A stretch of 64,000 bases of DNA from Oscillospiraceae bacterium (GCA_003531585.1 DQFX01000060.1:63320-127319), one strand, 5' to 3'. Shown: positions 45,157-55,862, counted from the stretch's first letter. Notes: a model not told the origin generated them from the sequence alone. Made by a program: numbers and translations.

Positions 45157-46929
45157 TCACATCTGCTTGCGAACCTTGATGTGAACCTCGCGGAGCTGCT
45201 GCTCTGTAACCTCGGTAGGCGCGCCGAGGAGCAGATCCTGCGCATTGGAGTTCAGCGGGAACGCGATGACCTCGCGGATACTCTCCTCGCCGGTGAGCAG
45301 CATGATCATGCGGTCAACGCCGGGAGCCATACCTGCATGAGGCGGAGCGCCGAACTTGAACGCGTTGTAGAGCGCGCCGAACTTGCTTGCAACGTCCTCT
45401 TCGGTGTAGCCTGCGATCTCGAACGCCTTTATCATGATGTCGAGGTCGTGGTTGCGGACAGCGCCGGAGGAAAGCTCAACGCCGTTGCATACGATGTCGT
45501 ACTGATAAGCGAGGATATCCAGCGGATCCTTGTTCAGCAGTGCGTCCAGACCGCCCTGCGGCATGGAGAACGGGTTGTGCGTGAAGATTATCTTACCGGT
45601 CTCCTCGTCCAGCTCGTACATCGGGAAGTCAACGATGAAGCACAGTTCGAAGCGGCTCTCATCGATGAGGTTCATGCGCTTTGCGACCTCGGTGCGGATC
45701 TGTCCGGCGAACTTCGGAGCGTTCTTCTTGGTGTCGGCGATGAAGTAAAGTACGTCGCCTTCCTGGAGCTCGCAGCGTGTCGCCAGCTCCTTGCGCTGGT
45801 CGTCGTTGAGGAACTTGTCGATCGGGCCGTTGTACTTGAACATGCCGTTCTCGCCCGGCTCAACCTTGAAGTAGCCCAGACCCTTCATGCCGACTTCCTG
45901 TACTGCGAAGTCCTCCATGCTCTTGAAGAAGGTCTTGGACTGCTTAGCCATTCCGGGAACGCGGATACCGCGTACGGTCTTGTTGCAGAAGGGCTTGAAG
46001 TCGCTGTCAACGAACAGGTCGGAAAGTTCCTTGATGACCAGCGGGTTGCGCAGGTCGGGCTTGTCTGAACCGTAGGTGAGCATTGCTTCCTTGTAGGTTA
46101 TGCGTCTGAACGGAGCAGGGGACACCTGCTTGTCGGAGAATTCGGAGAAGGTCGCGGAAAGGACTTCCTCAGCCACTGCGAAAACGTCCTCCTGGGTAGC
46201 GAAGCTCATCTCAAAGTCGAGCTGATAGAACTCTCCGGGGGAGCGGTCGGCTCTTGCGTCCTCATCGCGGAAGCAGGGAGCGATCTGGAAGTACTTGTCG
46301 AAGCCGGAAACCATGTAGATCTGCTTGAAGATCTGCGGAGCCTGTGGCAGAGCGTAGAACTTGCCGTGGTGCTTACGGCTGGGGATCAGGTAGTCTCTTG
46401 CGCCCTCAGGGGAGGAGGTGGACAGGATAGGAGTCTGAAGCTCCAGGAAGCCCATGCTGCTCATCTTGTTGCGCAGGAAGCTGATTATCTTGGAACGGAG
46501 CACGATATTGTCGTGCATTTTCTTGTTTCTGAGGTCGAGGTAGCGGTACTTCAGGCGGACATCCTCGCGGGTCTCGCGGGAGGTAGCCACTTCAAACGGA
46601 AGCTGCTCCGTCACCTTGCCGAGGATACGTACTTCCTCAGCCTCGATCTCGACTGTACCGGTTTCGATCTTGTCGTTGTAGGTGCTTTCGTCGCGCTTTA
46701 AAACGGTGCCTGCGATGGAAACCGCGCACTCCTTGTGAATGCCCTCAAGCAGCTTCTCATTGTGGAACACTACCTGAACAACGCCGTAGTGGTCGCGCAG
46801 GTCGACAAACATGATACCGCCGTGGTCGCGGATATTCTCTACCCAGCCGGCAGCCCTTACCTTTTTGCCTATATCGTTTTCAGTCACCGCGTTGCAGTAC
46901 TGCGTGCGGTATTCGTTTTCTCTGAACAA
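45157..46929 (-). CDS. aspS: Aspartyl-tRNA synthetase.
   Basis: Class II aaRS motifs and an N-terminal OB fold (RTQYCNAVTENDIGKKVRAAGWV...GGIMFVDLRDHYGVVQVV). Probable TTG start 46929 (AAAGGA-N9-TTG); the ORF extends to ATG 47016, which lacks an RBS and would place a hairpin inside the coding sequence. Confidence 0.8.
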   Translation of the reverse strand: MFRENEYRTQYCNAVTENDIGKKVRAAGWVENIRDHGGIMFVDLRDHYGVVQVVFHNEKLLEGIHKECAVSIAGTVLKRDESTYNDKIETGTVEIEAEEVRILGKVTEQLPFEVATSRETREDVRLKYRYLDLRNKKMHDNIVLRSKIISFLRNKMSSMGFLELQTPILSTSSPEGARDYLIPSRKHHGKFYALPQAPQIFKQIYMVSGFDKYFQIAPCFRDEDARADRSPGEFYQLDFEMSFATQEDVFAVAEEVLSATFSEFSDKQVSPAPFRRITYKEAMLTYGSDKPDLRNPLVIKELSDLFVDSDFKPFCNKTVRGIRVPGMAKQSKTFFKSMEDFAVQEVGMKGLGYFKVEPGENGMFKYNGPIDKFLNDDQRKELATRCELQEGDVLYFIADTKKNAPKFAGQIRTEVAKRMNLIDESRFELCFIVDFPMYELDEETGKIIFTHNPFSMPQGGLDALLNKDPLDILAYQYDIVCNGVELSSGAVRNHDLDIMIKAFEIAGYTEEDVASKFGALYNAFKFGAPPHAGMAPGVDRMIMLLTGEESIREVIAFPLNSNAQDLLLGAPTEVTEQQLREVHIKVRKQM

Positions 46930-47083
46930 TTCCTTCAATCCTTTCAATATATAAATTGTCGCCGCCTGACAGGCGGAAAAGTCCTCAGCTACGGTCACAG
47001 CGATTATGACCGGCATTGTTATGCCGCATTATATCACAGCCTTTCGGCAGGGAGTTCCCCCTCGCCACATAATTCAACAATTT

Positions 47084-47112
47084 ATTATATCACTAAAATG
47101 CGGAATTGTCAA
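47084..47112 (-). promoter_or_regulatory. Consensus promoter of aspS.
   Basis: Minus strand reads TTGACA, 17-nt spacer, TATAAT; the leader contains the hairpin ccgcctgtcaggcgg. Confidence 0.55.
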
Positions 47113-47125
47113 TAATTTATGCAGA

Positions 47126-47158
47126 TATCCCCCGCAATTTTTGCTGAACTGCGGGGGA
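47126..47158 (-). terminator. Terminator of the small membrane-protein gene.
   Basis: Hairpin cccccgca...tgcggggg followed by an A/T tail on the minus strand. Confidence 0.6.
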
Positions 47159-47167
47159 TAGTTCCAT

Positions 47168-47482
47168 TCATGCGCGGGAGACGTACATCCCGAACTTATC
47201 TTTGATGGTGAACACATCATAGTCCATGCTGTACTTGATGTCATATTTCGTGCCGTCCTTCATGACCAGCACGCCGTCTGCCACGCCGCCTTTCCATACC
47301 GGGGTGTCGGCTTCGTAGTTCAGCTCGGCGCCCGTGACTGGTATCACTCTGCCGTTTATTTCAACGCGTTCCATCCAGGCTGTCGGAACTATGTTGCACA
47401 GCATGAATGTCAGCGCCGCGCCGAGTATCGCCAGTATCGCGCCGCATACAATTACGGTTGCTTTGAATCCTGTTTTGTTCAT
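47168..47482 (-). CDS. Small membrane-anchored hypothetical protein (104 aa).
   Basis: N-terminal TM (ATVIVCGAILAILGAALTFMLC); ATG 47482 after AAAGGGGTAATT. The ORF extends to 47611 over GC-rich, low-complexity codons. Confidence 0.5.
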   Translation of the reverse strand: MNKTGFKATVIVCGAILAILGAALTFMLCNIVPTAWMERVEINGRVIPVTGAELNYEADTPVWKGGVADGVLVMKDGTKYDIKYSMDYDVFTIKDKFGMYVSRA

Positions 47483-47607
47483 ATAATTACCCCTTTCCGC
47501 CGTCTTCCGATTCTGCGGAAGTTCCCCCGGCGATGATCCTGCGCGTTGTGCGCTCCGACGCGGTTCCGGAACGCGCCGCGCGTATTGCCCCAGCTTGCTC
47601 AATGAAT

Positions 47608-48462
47608 TCAAGTGAGCCGTCTTAATCCGGGAGTGATTATCTGGCTGCTGGGAATAAGCGAGTAGTCGTACATCACCTTTGAATGGTTATCCAGCACCAG
47701 TTCCCGGCGGATTATCCGGCGTTCCCGGTCGAGAGTGACGCGGTATACCCGGCTGACCCGGAAGAACTCGCCGTCCTCCTCAATGTAGCCCTGATCTTCC
47801 TCTGTTATGCGGTATATGTATGGGAACGGCTCCTGCGCGCGGAGCTCGCCGTACAGCGCGCTCTCGTCCAGCCAGACCAGAAGCTGCACCGGACGGTCGC
47901 TCGTGTTTTTGAAACGGTAGTCCACGTTTTTGTAGAAAACGCTGGTGCCGGTTCCGAACGGCACCCGTCTGCCGGAATCAGGGAAGAGCGCGTCAGAATG
48001 GTGCACCAGTTCAGTCACGGTGAGCGGGCTGTTCAGCACCAGCCAGTGTATCAGATTTGCGAGCTGGCACAGTCCTCCGCCTACTCCGCGCCCGAGTTTC
48101 CCGGCGCTTATCACAAGTCCGTCAAGGTATCCGCGCTTTGCGGAGGGTTCGCCGACGAGCTTCCAGAACGAGAAAGTTTCCCCGGGCTGAACGACTAACC
48201 CGTTTATCTGCGCCGAGGCAAGCCGGAGGTTCACCAGCTTATTTCGCTGGAGCTCCATATCGACCCCCTCCAGACGGCGCAGCGCGTTGGAAGAGTGGCT
48301 CTTCACAACAGCGCTGAACGGAACTGTGTTGCGGGTACGGGCGAATGTTTCTCCGCTGAATCTGTCGTGGATATCCCTGAGCAGATATTCTTTCCGGAGC
48401 GAAATGTGATAGCAGGCGGGCGACAGTTCGCAGAACAATTTTCGTTTTTTTATGGCTGACAC
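47608..48462 (-). CDS. VanW family protein.
   Basis: VanW-domain motifs GETFSFWKLVGE and GGGLCQ. Confidence 0.75.
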   Translation of the reverse strand: MSAIKKRKLFCELSPACYHISLRKEYLLRDIHDRFSGETFARTRNTVPFSAVVKSHSSNALRRLEGVDMELQRNKLVNLRLASAQINGLVVQPGETFSFWKLVGEPSAKRGYLDGLVISAGKLGRGVGGGLCQLANLIHWLVLNSPLTVTELVHHSDALFPDSGRRVPFGTGTSVFYKNVDYRFKNTSDRPVQLLVWLDESALYGELRAQEPFPYIYRITEEDQGYIEEDGEFFRVSRVYRVTLDRERRIIRRELVLDNHSKVMYDYSLIPSSQIITPGLRRLT

Positions 48463-48617
48463 CTCCGTTCCACGACATTCCCTATAATTATTATAGCAGA
48501 TTTTTGCAGGAAGTCAATTACAGTTATATTACGATTTGGTTACAAAACGGTTACAAACGTTGCGTATCATCGGAATCAAAAACCGGACAGCCTGCAAAGC
48601 TGTCCGGTGAGCGGTGT

Positions 48618-49592
48618 TCAGTTCTGGAAATAAACGTCCTCCTGCTGGAGCATGGGGTACCTTATCAGCTCCCGGCTGTCAAGGTCGGCGCGGTGCATGT
48701 CCACGGCGCTGATTCGGCGGTTGAGGTAGGTCGTGTAGTAGTAAACTCCGGTCTGGGCGTTCCAGCAGGAGGTGTAGATCGTGATCTCGAACTTTCCGGG
48801 CGCGACCTCGCAGCAGCCGCGGGTCTGCTCAACGGAGCCGAGAATATGGAAAAACTGCCCTACGCTCTCCGCCTCGGAGCTTCCGGAGCGGGAGTTGTTC
48901 CGCGTGAATGCCACCCGTGCGAACCTCGAAGCGGACGAAAGGTCGCCTGGAAGTCCGACCGCGCCCATTCCGCGGCTGTAGCGGGTGAGCTCCAGACCTT
49001 CCGCGAAGGTATTCTGCGGATCCCTCGGGGAAAGCCCCATGTAGTTGTTGAGCATTGCCATCTGCTGCTCAAACGGGGGATTGTTCGTCAGCACTCCCGC
49101 CTTGTTTTCGTGTATCTGAAGCCCTTTTTCAGTGGACTCCACCACGATACAGCCGGATCTGTCCGCGATTATCCAGTGGAGCTGAGCGGCTGGGAGCTGT
49201 TCGCTGAACGGAGTTCCGGTGAGATTCATGCCGGAGATAAGCTCCCGAGCCTGGGAAAGCTCCGCGCACTGGGAAAGTATCCAGGGGATAAATTCGAACT
49301 GCGCGACGTTCCGCATGCCTTCACGCGGCTGGGCGTACTTCGCGTTGCCCACGAAGTTCAGCCCCGCCATGCCGAGACCCTTCTCGTTCACGGCGTCGTA
49401 GTAGAGCGGGTAGCCGCCCGCAGCGTGAGCCATTCCGATGATCGCGTAGTGATTGGAGAGCGTTCCTCCATGCCGGAATTCAAACGGGAATTCCCGCGGA
49501 GTTATCGTGATCTCCTCGCCGTATGAAAATTCGTAATCCAGGGTCCTTCCCATGTAGAAGCATTCCGTCTGGTAGGTCGCCGCAGTGCACAT
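48618..49592 (-). CDS. Choloylglycine hydrolase family (bile salt hydrolase/penicillin V acylase-like Ntn hydrolase).
   Basis: MCT N-terminus (Cys2 nucleophile), GRTLDY and LTNNP motifs. Confidence 0.8.
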   Translation of the reverse strand: MCTAATYQTECFYMGRTLDYEFSYGEEITITPREFPFEFRHGGTLSNHYAIIGMAHAAGGYPLYYDAVNEKGLGMAGLNFVGNAKYAQPREGMRNVAQFEFIPWILSQCAELSQARELISGMNLTGTPFSEQLPAAQLHWIIADRSGCIVVESTEKGLQIHENKAGVLTNNPPFEQQMAMLNNYMGLSPRDPQNTFAEGLELTRYSRGMGAVGLPGDLSSASRFARVAFTRNNSRSGSSEAESVGQFFHILGSVEQTRGCCEVAPGKFEITIYTSCWNAQTGVYYYTTYLNRRISAVDMHRADLDSRELIRYPMLQQEDVYFQN

Positions 49593-49866
49593 TTTATGTT
49601 CCTCGCTTTCATGTTGTTGGAGATATTATGCCCATTCGTGCAAAAAGTATTATAGCACTTTTGCCGCCGGCGGTCAACAGCTATGGACGATAAATCATCA
49701 AATTATCACAGTTTTGCCTGAAAATATTTGTATGTAGTTACAATTATACAGCACTTGACAATTTACGCGCAAGGTACTATAATATAATAGTTAAGCTGTG
49801 TCCGATGAAACAGCATTTTTTACGTTAAAAAGTTAAAAATAAAATTTCCATCAGGGGGAAAACGAT

Positions 49867-51060
49867 ATGAAAATAACCGTAGCGGGAACAGGATACGTCG
49901 GGCTTTCTATGGCAGTTCTTCTGTCGCAGAACAACGACGTCACCGCAGTAGACATAGTTCCGGAAAAGGTGGAGCTTCTGAATTCCAGAAAGTCGCCCAT
50001 CGCTGATAAATACATCGAGGAGTACCTCGCAGAAAAGCCGCTGAGCCTCGCCGCCACCACCGACTGGCGCCCGGCGTACGCCTCGGCTGACATCGTGGTC
50101 ATCGCCACCCCGACTAACTACGACGCGGAGAAGAACTATTTCGACACTTCGTCGGTGGAAAGCGTTATCGAGCAGGTGTTCTCCGTGAACGATCACTGCA
50201 CCGTGGTTGTGAAGTCCACCGTGCCTGTCGGATTCACTGCGGGACTGCACAAGAAGTACCCGGAAAACGCGCACCGCATTATCTTCTCGCCGGAGTTCCT
50301 CCGCGAGGGTCAGGCGCTGTACGACAACCTGTATCCCTCCCGCATTATCGTGGGAGCGCCGCAGGAGTGGGCGGATTCCGTGGAGCGCGCGAACGTATTC
50401 GCGGAACTTCTCCAGCAGGGCGCGATAAAGCAGGATATCCCGACGCTGCACCTGAACCCCACCGAGGCCGAGGCGGTCAAGCTGTTCAGCAATACCTACC
50501 TCGCGCTGCGCGTGGCTTACTTCAACGAGCTGGACACCTACGCTGAGATGAAGGGACTCAACGCCCGTGAGATAATCGACGGCGTAGGTCTCGACCCGCG
50601 CATCGGACCGCACTATAATAACCCGAGCTTCGGCTACGGCGGATACTGCCTGCCGAAGGACACCAAGCAGCTCCTCGCGAATTACGCGGACGTCCCCAAC
50701 GACATCATCACTGCGATAGTTAACGCCAACAAGACCCGCAAGGACTACATCGCGGATCACATCGCGTCGATGGAGCCGCAGACCGTCGGAGTTTACAGGC
50801 TGACGATGAAGTCCAACTCTGACAACTTCCGCCAGAGCGCTATACAGGGTATCATGAAGCGCCTTGAAAAGCGCGGAATAAAGGTGATAATCTTCGAGCC
50901 GACCCTGAAGGAAGGGCAGAGCTTCTATAACTACGAGGTGTGCAGGGATTTCGACGAATTCAAGCGCCGCTCAGACGTTATACTCGCTAACCGCATGAGC
51001 GCCGAGCTTAACGACGTAAGCGATAAGGTTTACACCAGAGACCTTTACAGCAGAGACTAA
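49867..51060 (+). CDS. ugd: UDP-glucose 6-dehydrogenase.
   Basis: N-terminal Rossmann fold [14 protein letters not shown] and the catalytic Cys region GGYCLPKD. Confidence 0.9.
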   Translation: MKITVAGTGYVGLSMAVLLSQNNDVTAVDIVPEKVELLNSRKSPIADKYIEEYLAEKPLSLAATTDWRPAYASADIVVIATPTNYDAEKNYFDTSSVESVIEQVFSVNDHCTVVVKSTVPVGFTAGLHKKYPENAHRIIFSPEFLREGQALYDNLYPSRIIVGAPQEWADSVERANVFAELLQQGAIKQDIPTLHLNPTEAEAVKLFSNTYLALRVAYFNELDTYAEMKGLNAREIIDGVGLDPRIGPHYNNPSFGYGGYCLPKDTKQLLANYADVPNDIITAIVNANKTRKDYIADHIASMEPQTVGVYRLTMKSNSDNFRQSAIQGIMKRLEKRGIKVIIFEPTLKEGQSFYNYEVCRDFDEFKRRSDVILANRMSAELNDVSDKVYTRDLYSRD

Positions 51061-51263
51061 GGCAGCACCGCACAAAGACCATTTATTGGATTTTGCACGT
51101 GTCTTGCTTGCATCTTTTCCGTCATCTTGCACAATTCGTCCTAGCAAGGCGTCAGCCTTGCGTCGTCCTCATTGTACAATCTGACGAAAAATCTGACTGC
51201 GCAATACACGCACAATCTTTGTGCGGTATTGCCCTAAAAAATTACAGATGGGGGTGATTCCCG

Positions 51264-54128
51264 ATGGATTCGATTATTTCAGGAACATTCAGAATGATTA
51301 TCCGCAGGGGTTTCCCCCATCAGCTCTATTTCGACGAGGATTTCATGCGGATAATCGGCGCGGAGGACAACTCCGACCCCGAGAAAAACTACCGCCTGTG
51401 GGAGGAGTGCGTCCACCCGGACGACATGCCGCTGATAAAAGAGGCGATAGAGAGCACTCAGCACAATATCCGCGCCGAGGTGAAGTACCGCTGGCGCCAC
51501 AAGACCCGCGGACTTTACACCGCCTACAGCACCGGAATGCTTGCAGGCAAGGAGGACGGCTGCGTCACCATATACGGTTTTTTTAAGGGCGTACCCGCCG
51601 ACCGCACGCAGCTCTACGGCTACGATCCGGATCTTCAGCTCCTGACCAGGCTCCTCGCGGAGAAAATGCTGGACAGCTTCGCGTTCTGCGCGCTTGTAGA
51701 CCTACAGCAGAACAAGCTCATGCTGCTCAACGATTACTTCAATACAGGCTCCTCGGCAGGCTGCGAATGCGGCTACGACGAGTGGCTTGAGGGATTCCAG
51801 TTCTGCATTCATCCGGACGACCGGGATTGTCTGACGGAACTGCTGACTCGTGCGAATCTTGCAAATGCGTTTTCAAAGTCCGACGAGGTGCACGGCGAGT
51901 TCCGCTTTATGCGCCCGGACGGTCCCTGCTGGGTAAATCTGCGGCTGGTGAGAATGAAACAGCGCCTTGCCGGGCGTTATCCTGAGTTCATCGTGTTCCG
52001 GCGTATCGACGCAGACCACCGCGCCGTATTCATGGAGGAGCTGCGCAACCGCCTGATAAACGGACTTGCGATCCCCTATATGATCCTCGACCTTATCGAC
52101 CTTCGCGCGGGCAGCTTCTATTCCTCCAGGGACAATCAGGGGCTTTTCGCGGAGCACTTCAACGAGATAGGAAGCTACAGCGACGCGCTGGATCGTTTCG
52201 TGGAAAACTGCGGGTGCAGCTTCGCGGACAGAAACGCGATACTTTTCAATTTCAGCGTGGAGCACATGACTGAGCGTTTCCGGGCAGGGGAAAAGATGAT
52301 CGAATGCGAGGTCTGCCGCAACCCGGAGGGTCAGCCGGAGTGGCTGCGAATCCAGGCGTTTATGTCCTCCGCCGACGAAAACGGAGAGCCGGCGCTTGCT
52401 ATACTCAGCATTCAGCAGGTGACTACCGAGAAGCTGCGGGAGCTTCGCTATCAGCAGCGGCTTGAAAGGGCGCTCCGCACGGAGAGCCAGTACAGGCAGG
52501 CTATCCTGTCCAACGCCATCGCGGTGTACACCTATAACATTACCGAGGACACGATATACGACGAGATAATCGAACAGGAGGGCGTTGACCCGCTGCTTCC
52601 CAAGATGGGGCTTACTGTGCCGTGCTCCTATAACGATTACATCAGCAAAAAGTCCGAGCTTATCGTTGACCGCCAGACCGCAGAGAATTTCCGCAGGACA
52701 TTCTGCACACGTACTCTTGCTGATATGTACAACAGCCACCGCCGCAGCTTTGATACGGAATATGAATTCAAGATCGGCAGCAGGGTCGGGTACTTCCGCG
52801 AGGCGGTAATAATAACCCAGGATATGGAGACCGGCGACCTCTGGGGTCTGACCTACGTCCGGGACGTCACCGGCGAACACGACCAGGCAAAGCAGGTGGA
52901 GCAGGCTCTGCGCGACGCCTTCGACCAGGCGCAGCACGCGAACTCCGCAAAGACGCTGTTCATGAGCCAGATGAGCCACGATATCCGCACGCCGCTGAAC
53001 GCGATACTCGGAATGTCCACGATAGCGCAGGAGCACATCAGCGACGCCGCCCGGGTCAACGACTGCCTCGAAAAAATACAGACCTCCGGACATCAGCTCC
53101 TGGAGATAATCAACAACGTCCTCGACCTTTCGGCGATAGAGAGCGGAAAAACCACTCTTGCCAGCGAGCCGTTCGACCTGAAGGTGTTCATCGACGACAC
53201 TGCGGGCACGATACGCACGCTGACCGACAAGAAGCGTCAGCGCTTCGTCGTGGAGATCTCCGAGGGGATAAACTATTCGGTGATAGGCGACCAGGCGAAG
53301 CTGCGGCAGCTTCTTATGAACATACTCAGCAACGCCGTGAAATATACCCCGGACGGCGGCGAGATACACCTCTCCGTGAAGGAGCTGAACCCCGACCACC
53401 ACGGCGTGTGCCGCTATCTTTTCACAGTGAAGGATAACGGAATCGGCATGAGCCAGGAATTCCTGCACAAGATATACGACCCGTTCGTCCGCGCCGACGA
53501 CCACCGCATAAGCGGAATACAGGGAACCGGTCTCGGAATGGCGATCGCGATAAACATCGCCCGCATGATGAACGGCGACATCGGAATAAACAGCGAAGTC
53601 GGCAAGGGTTCGGTGTTTGAAGTCACCGTCGCGCTGAAAAAGGGCGCGGAGGAGCCTGCGTACATCGGCGGCATTTCCATGGAGGAGCAGCCGCGGCGCG
53701 AGCGCATGTCGGACTACGACTTCGGCGGGAAGCGCGTACTGCTTGCGGAGGATCTCGAGTTCAACGCGGAGATCGCGTCGGAGTTCCTTGCGGAAGCGGG
53801 GCTTGTCACTGAAACCGCGTGCAACGGCGCGGAGGCGGTGGAGAAGTTCGGCAGTTCGCCGGAGGGCTACTACAGCCTTATATTCATGGATATCCAGATG
53901 CCTGTTCTGGACGGCTACCAGGCGGCGGACAAAATACGCGCTCTGGACCGTCCCGACGCGAAAACCGTTCCGATAGTCGCGATGACGGCAAACGCTTTCA
54001 TAGAGGACGTCAAGACCGCAAAGGAACACGGAATGAACGGGCACGTTGCAAAGCCGCTGGAGGTAAGGGAGCTTACCGCGGCGCTGAAAAAGTGGATACC
54101 CGGCTTTAAAACTAAGAATCAGAGTTGA
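51264..54128 (+). CDS. Hybrid sensor histidine kinase/response regulator with N-terminal PAS-like domains.
   Basis: HisKA FMSQMSHDIRTPLNAILGM; HATPase GTGLGMAIA; C-terminal receiver (LLAEDLEFN...FMDIQMPVLDGY). Confidence 0.85.
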   Translation: MDSIISGTFRMIIRRGFPHQLYFDEDFMRIIGAEDNSDPEKNYRLWEECVHPDDMPLIKEAIESTQHNIRAEVKYRWRHKTRGLYTAYSTGMLAGKEDGCVTIYGFFKGVPADRTQLYGYDPDLQLLTRLLAEKMLDSFAFCALVDLQQNKLMLLNDYFNTGSSAGCECGYDEWLEGFQFCIHPDDRDCLTELLTRANLANAFSKSDEVHGEFRFMRPDGPCWVNLRLVRMKQRLAGRYPEFIVFRRIDADHRAVFMEELRNRLINGLAIPYMILDLIDLRAGSFYSSRDNQGLFAEHFNEIGSYSDALDRFVENCGCSFADRNAILFNFSVEHMTERFRAGEKMIECEVCRNPEGQPEWLRIQAFMSSADENGEPALAILSIQQVTTEKLRELRYQQRLERALRTESQYRQAILSNAIAVYTYNITEDTIYDEIIEQEGVDPLLPKMGLTVPCSYNDYISKKSELIVDRQTAENFRRTFCTRTLADMYNSHRRSFDTEYEFKIGSRVGYFREAVIITQDMETGDLWGLTYVRDVTGEHDQAKQVEQALRDAFDQAQHANSAKTLFMSQMSHDIRTPLNAILGMSTIAQEHISDAARVNDCLEKIQTSGHQLLEIINNVLDLSAIESGKTTLASEPFDLKVFIDDTAGTIRTLTDKKRQRFVVEISEGINYSVIGDQAKLRQLLMNILSNAVKYTPDGGEIHLSVKELNPDHHGVCRYLFTVKDNGIGMSQEFLHKIYDPFVRADDHRISGIQGTGLGMAIAINIARMMNGDIGINSEVGKGSVFEVTVALKKGAEEPAYIGGISMEEQPRRERMSDYDFGGKRVLLAEDLEFNAEIASEFLAEAGLVTETACNGAEAVEKFGSSPEGYYSLIFMDIQMPVLDGYQAADKIRALDRPDAKTVPIVAMTANAFIEDVKTAKEHGMNGHVAKPLEVRELTAALKKWIPGFKTKNQS

Positions 54129-54133
54129 ACAGA

Positions 54134-54982
54134 ATGAAAAGAATTGTTACGATACAGGATTTTTCCTGCGTTGGGAGCTGCTCGCTGACCGCCGCGATAC
54201 CGGTGCTGTCGGCGGCGGGGGTGGAGTGCTGCGGAATTCCGACGGCGCTCCTTTCGAACCACACCGGATTTCCGACGTTTTACAGCATAGACCTCACGGA
54301 TGAACTGGCTCCGATAAGCGATCAGCTCAAGCGTGAGCACATTGATTTCGACGGCGTTTACACCGGATATATTGCTTCCATCGATCAGATAGAGCACATT
54401 GAGGAGTTCATACGCCGTTTCAGGAAGCCGGGGGACCCGCTGTTCATCGACCCGGTAATGGGCGACAACGGAAAGATGTACGCGGCGCTCACCGAAGACT
54501 ACCCCGAAAGAATGCGGAAGTTCATCGAGGGTGCGGACATCATCACCCCGAACATCACGGAGGCATGCCTGCTGACAGGGCGCAGCTTCAATCCCTGCCC
54601 GACGCTCCACGAAACGAAGGAAATGCTCCGGGAGCTGTGCGGATTCGGAGTGAGGTTCGCGGTCATCACCGGATTTTCGGAGAAGGGGCAGCTAGGGGCG
54701 GTCGGCTGCTTTGACGGCGCCTTCACCGAGTGCCTCACCCCGAAGAAGGACGTTGCATGCTCCGGCACCGGGGACGTATTTGCCTCGGCGCTGCTTGGAG
54801 CGGTGCTGCGCGGCGCAGATTATCCGCAGGCTCTGGAGATAGCTACAAAGTTCACATATGCGGCTGTGGAGTACACCGCCGCGGCATCCGACCGCAGATT
54901 CTACGGAATACACTTCCAGCCGGTGCTCGGGGAATATATCCGAATGCTGGAGCGCGTCGAAAAGGGGCGGTCTGATGGCTGA
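54134..54982 (+). CDS. pdxK: Pyridoxal/pyridoxamine kinase (PdxK/PdxY-like, ribokinase superfamily).
   Basis: Motifs LSNHTGF, IDPVMGD, DIITPNITEA and GTGDVFASALLG. Confidence 0.7.
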   Translation: MKRIVTIQDFSCVGSCSLTAAIPVLSAAGVECCGIPTALLSNHTGFPTFYSIDLTDELAPISDQLKREHIDFDGVYTGYIASIDQIEHIEEFIRRFRKPGDPLFIDPVMGDNGKMYAALTEDYPERMRKFIEGADIITPNITEACLLTGRSFNPCPTLHETKEMLRELCGFGVRFAVITGFSEKGQLGAVGCFDGAFTECLTPKKDVACSGTGDVFASALLGAVLRGADYPQALEIATKFTYAAVEYTAAASDRRFYGIHFQPVLGEYIRMLERVEKGRSDG

Positions 54983-55862
54983 GCAGAAAAAGAAGGGGCT
55001 TTCCCGGCTGAATAAGGCGATACTGTTCCTGATAACATCGGCGTTTTTCTTTGCGCTGATGAACATGTTCGTGCGGCTTTCCGGCGATGTCCCGACGATT
55101 CAAAAGACGTTCTTCCGGAACTTCTTTGCGCTGTTCATTGCGAGCGGCGCGATGATAAAGAACCGCTGCTCCATAATCCCGCCGAAGGGCGCAAGGTTCG
55201 ACCTGTTCATGCGCGCGGCGTGCGGCTACGCCGGGGTCGTGCTGAATTTCTACGCGATAGACCGGCTGAGCATTTCGGACGCCTCGCTGCTGAACAAAAT
55301 GTCGCCGTTTTTCGCGATCATCTTTTCGACATTCCTGCTGAAGGAGCGCGCTAATAAGGTACAGTGGGCGATAATCCTGACTGCGTTTATCGGCGCGCTT
55401 TTCGTTATCAAGCCGTCCTTCCAGAATGCGGAGCTGGGAGCCTCCATCGCGGGATTCTGCGGGGGAATGTGCGCGGGCGCGGCGTATACTTTCGTCCGCC
55501 GGGCAACGGGGAAGGGCGTCAAGAGTTACTATGTGGTGTTCTTTTTCTCGGCGTTTTCTACGCTTGTGGCGTTCCCGCTGATGCTGCTGGATTTCAAGCC
55601 CATGACCCTGGTGCAGACCCTAATGCTGGTAGGCTCGGGAGTCAGCGCGGCTATTGCGCAGTTCTGCATAACCACGGCGTATTCCTACGCTCCGGCGAAT
55701 GAGGTCTCGATCTACGATTATTCGCAGATAATCTTCGCGGCGCTAATCGGGTTCGTGGTGCTGGATCAGGTCCCGGACGTGCTCAGTTTCGTGGGCTACG
55801 CGGTGATAATCGCAGCGGCGTTCGTGATGTTCAGATACAACAACCGGAAAACGAAGGAATGA
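54975..55862 (+). CDS. EamA/DMT family transporter.
   Basis: Ten-TM duplicated EamA domains; ATG 54975 after AAAGGGG; overlaps pdxK by 8 nt. Confidence 0.75.
   Translation: MAEQKKKGLSRLNKAILFLITSAFFFALMNMFVRLSGDVPTIQKTFFRNFFALFIASGAMIKNRCSIIPPKGARFDLFMRAACGYAGVVLNFYAIDRLSISDASLLNKMSPFFAIIFSTFLLKERANKVQWAIILTAFIGALFVIKPSFQNAELGASIAGFCGGMCAGAAYTFVRRATGKGVKSYYVVFFFSAFSTLVAFPLMLLDFKPMTLVQTLMLVGSGVSAAIAQFCITTAYSYAPANEVSIYDYSQIIFAALIGFVVLDQVPDVLSFVGYAVIIAAAFVMFRYNNRKTKE

Noticed and set aside
45181-46068. 295-aa plus-strand ORF inside aspS.
   Set aside because: Antisense to aspS.
46929-47112. Possible T-box riboswitch in the aspS leader.
   Set aside because: The leader is only about 150 nt and lacks the AAnnnGGGTGGnACCGCG T-box sequence and a specifier-loop architecture.
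51873-54044. 723-aa minus-strand ORF across the hybrid histidine kinase gene.
   Set aside because: Antisense shadow ORF of a GC-rich gene; the kinase frame has HisKA, HATPase and REC motifs.
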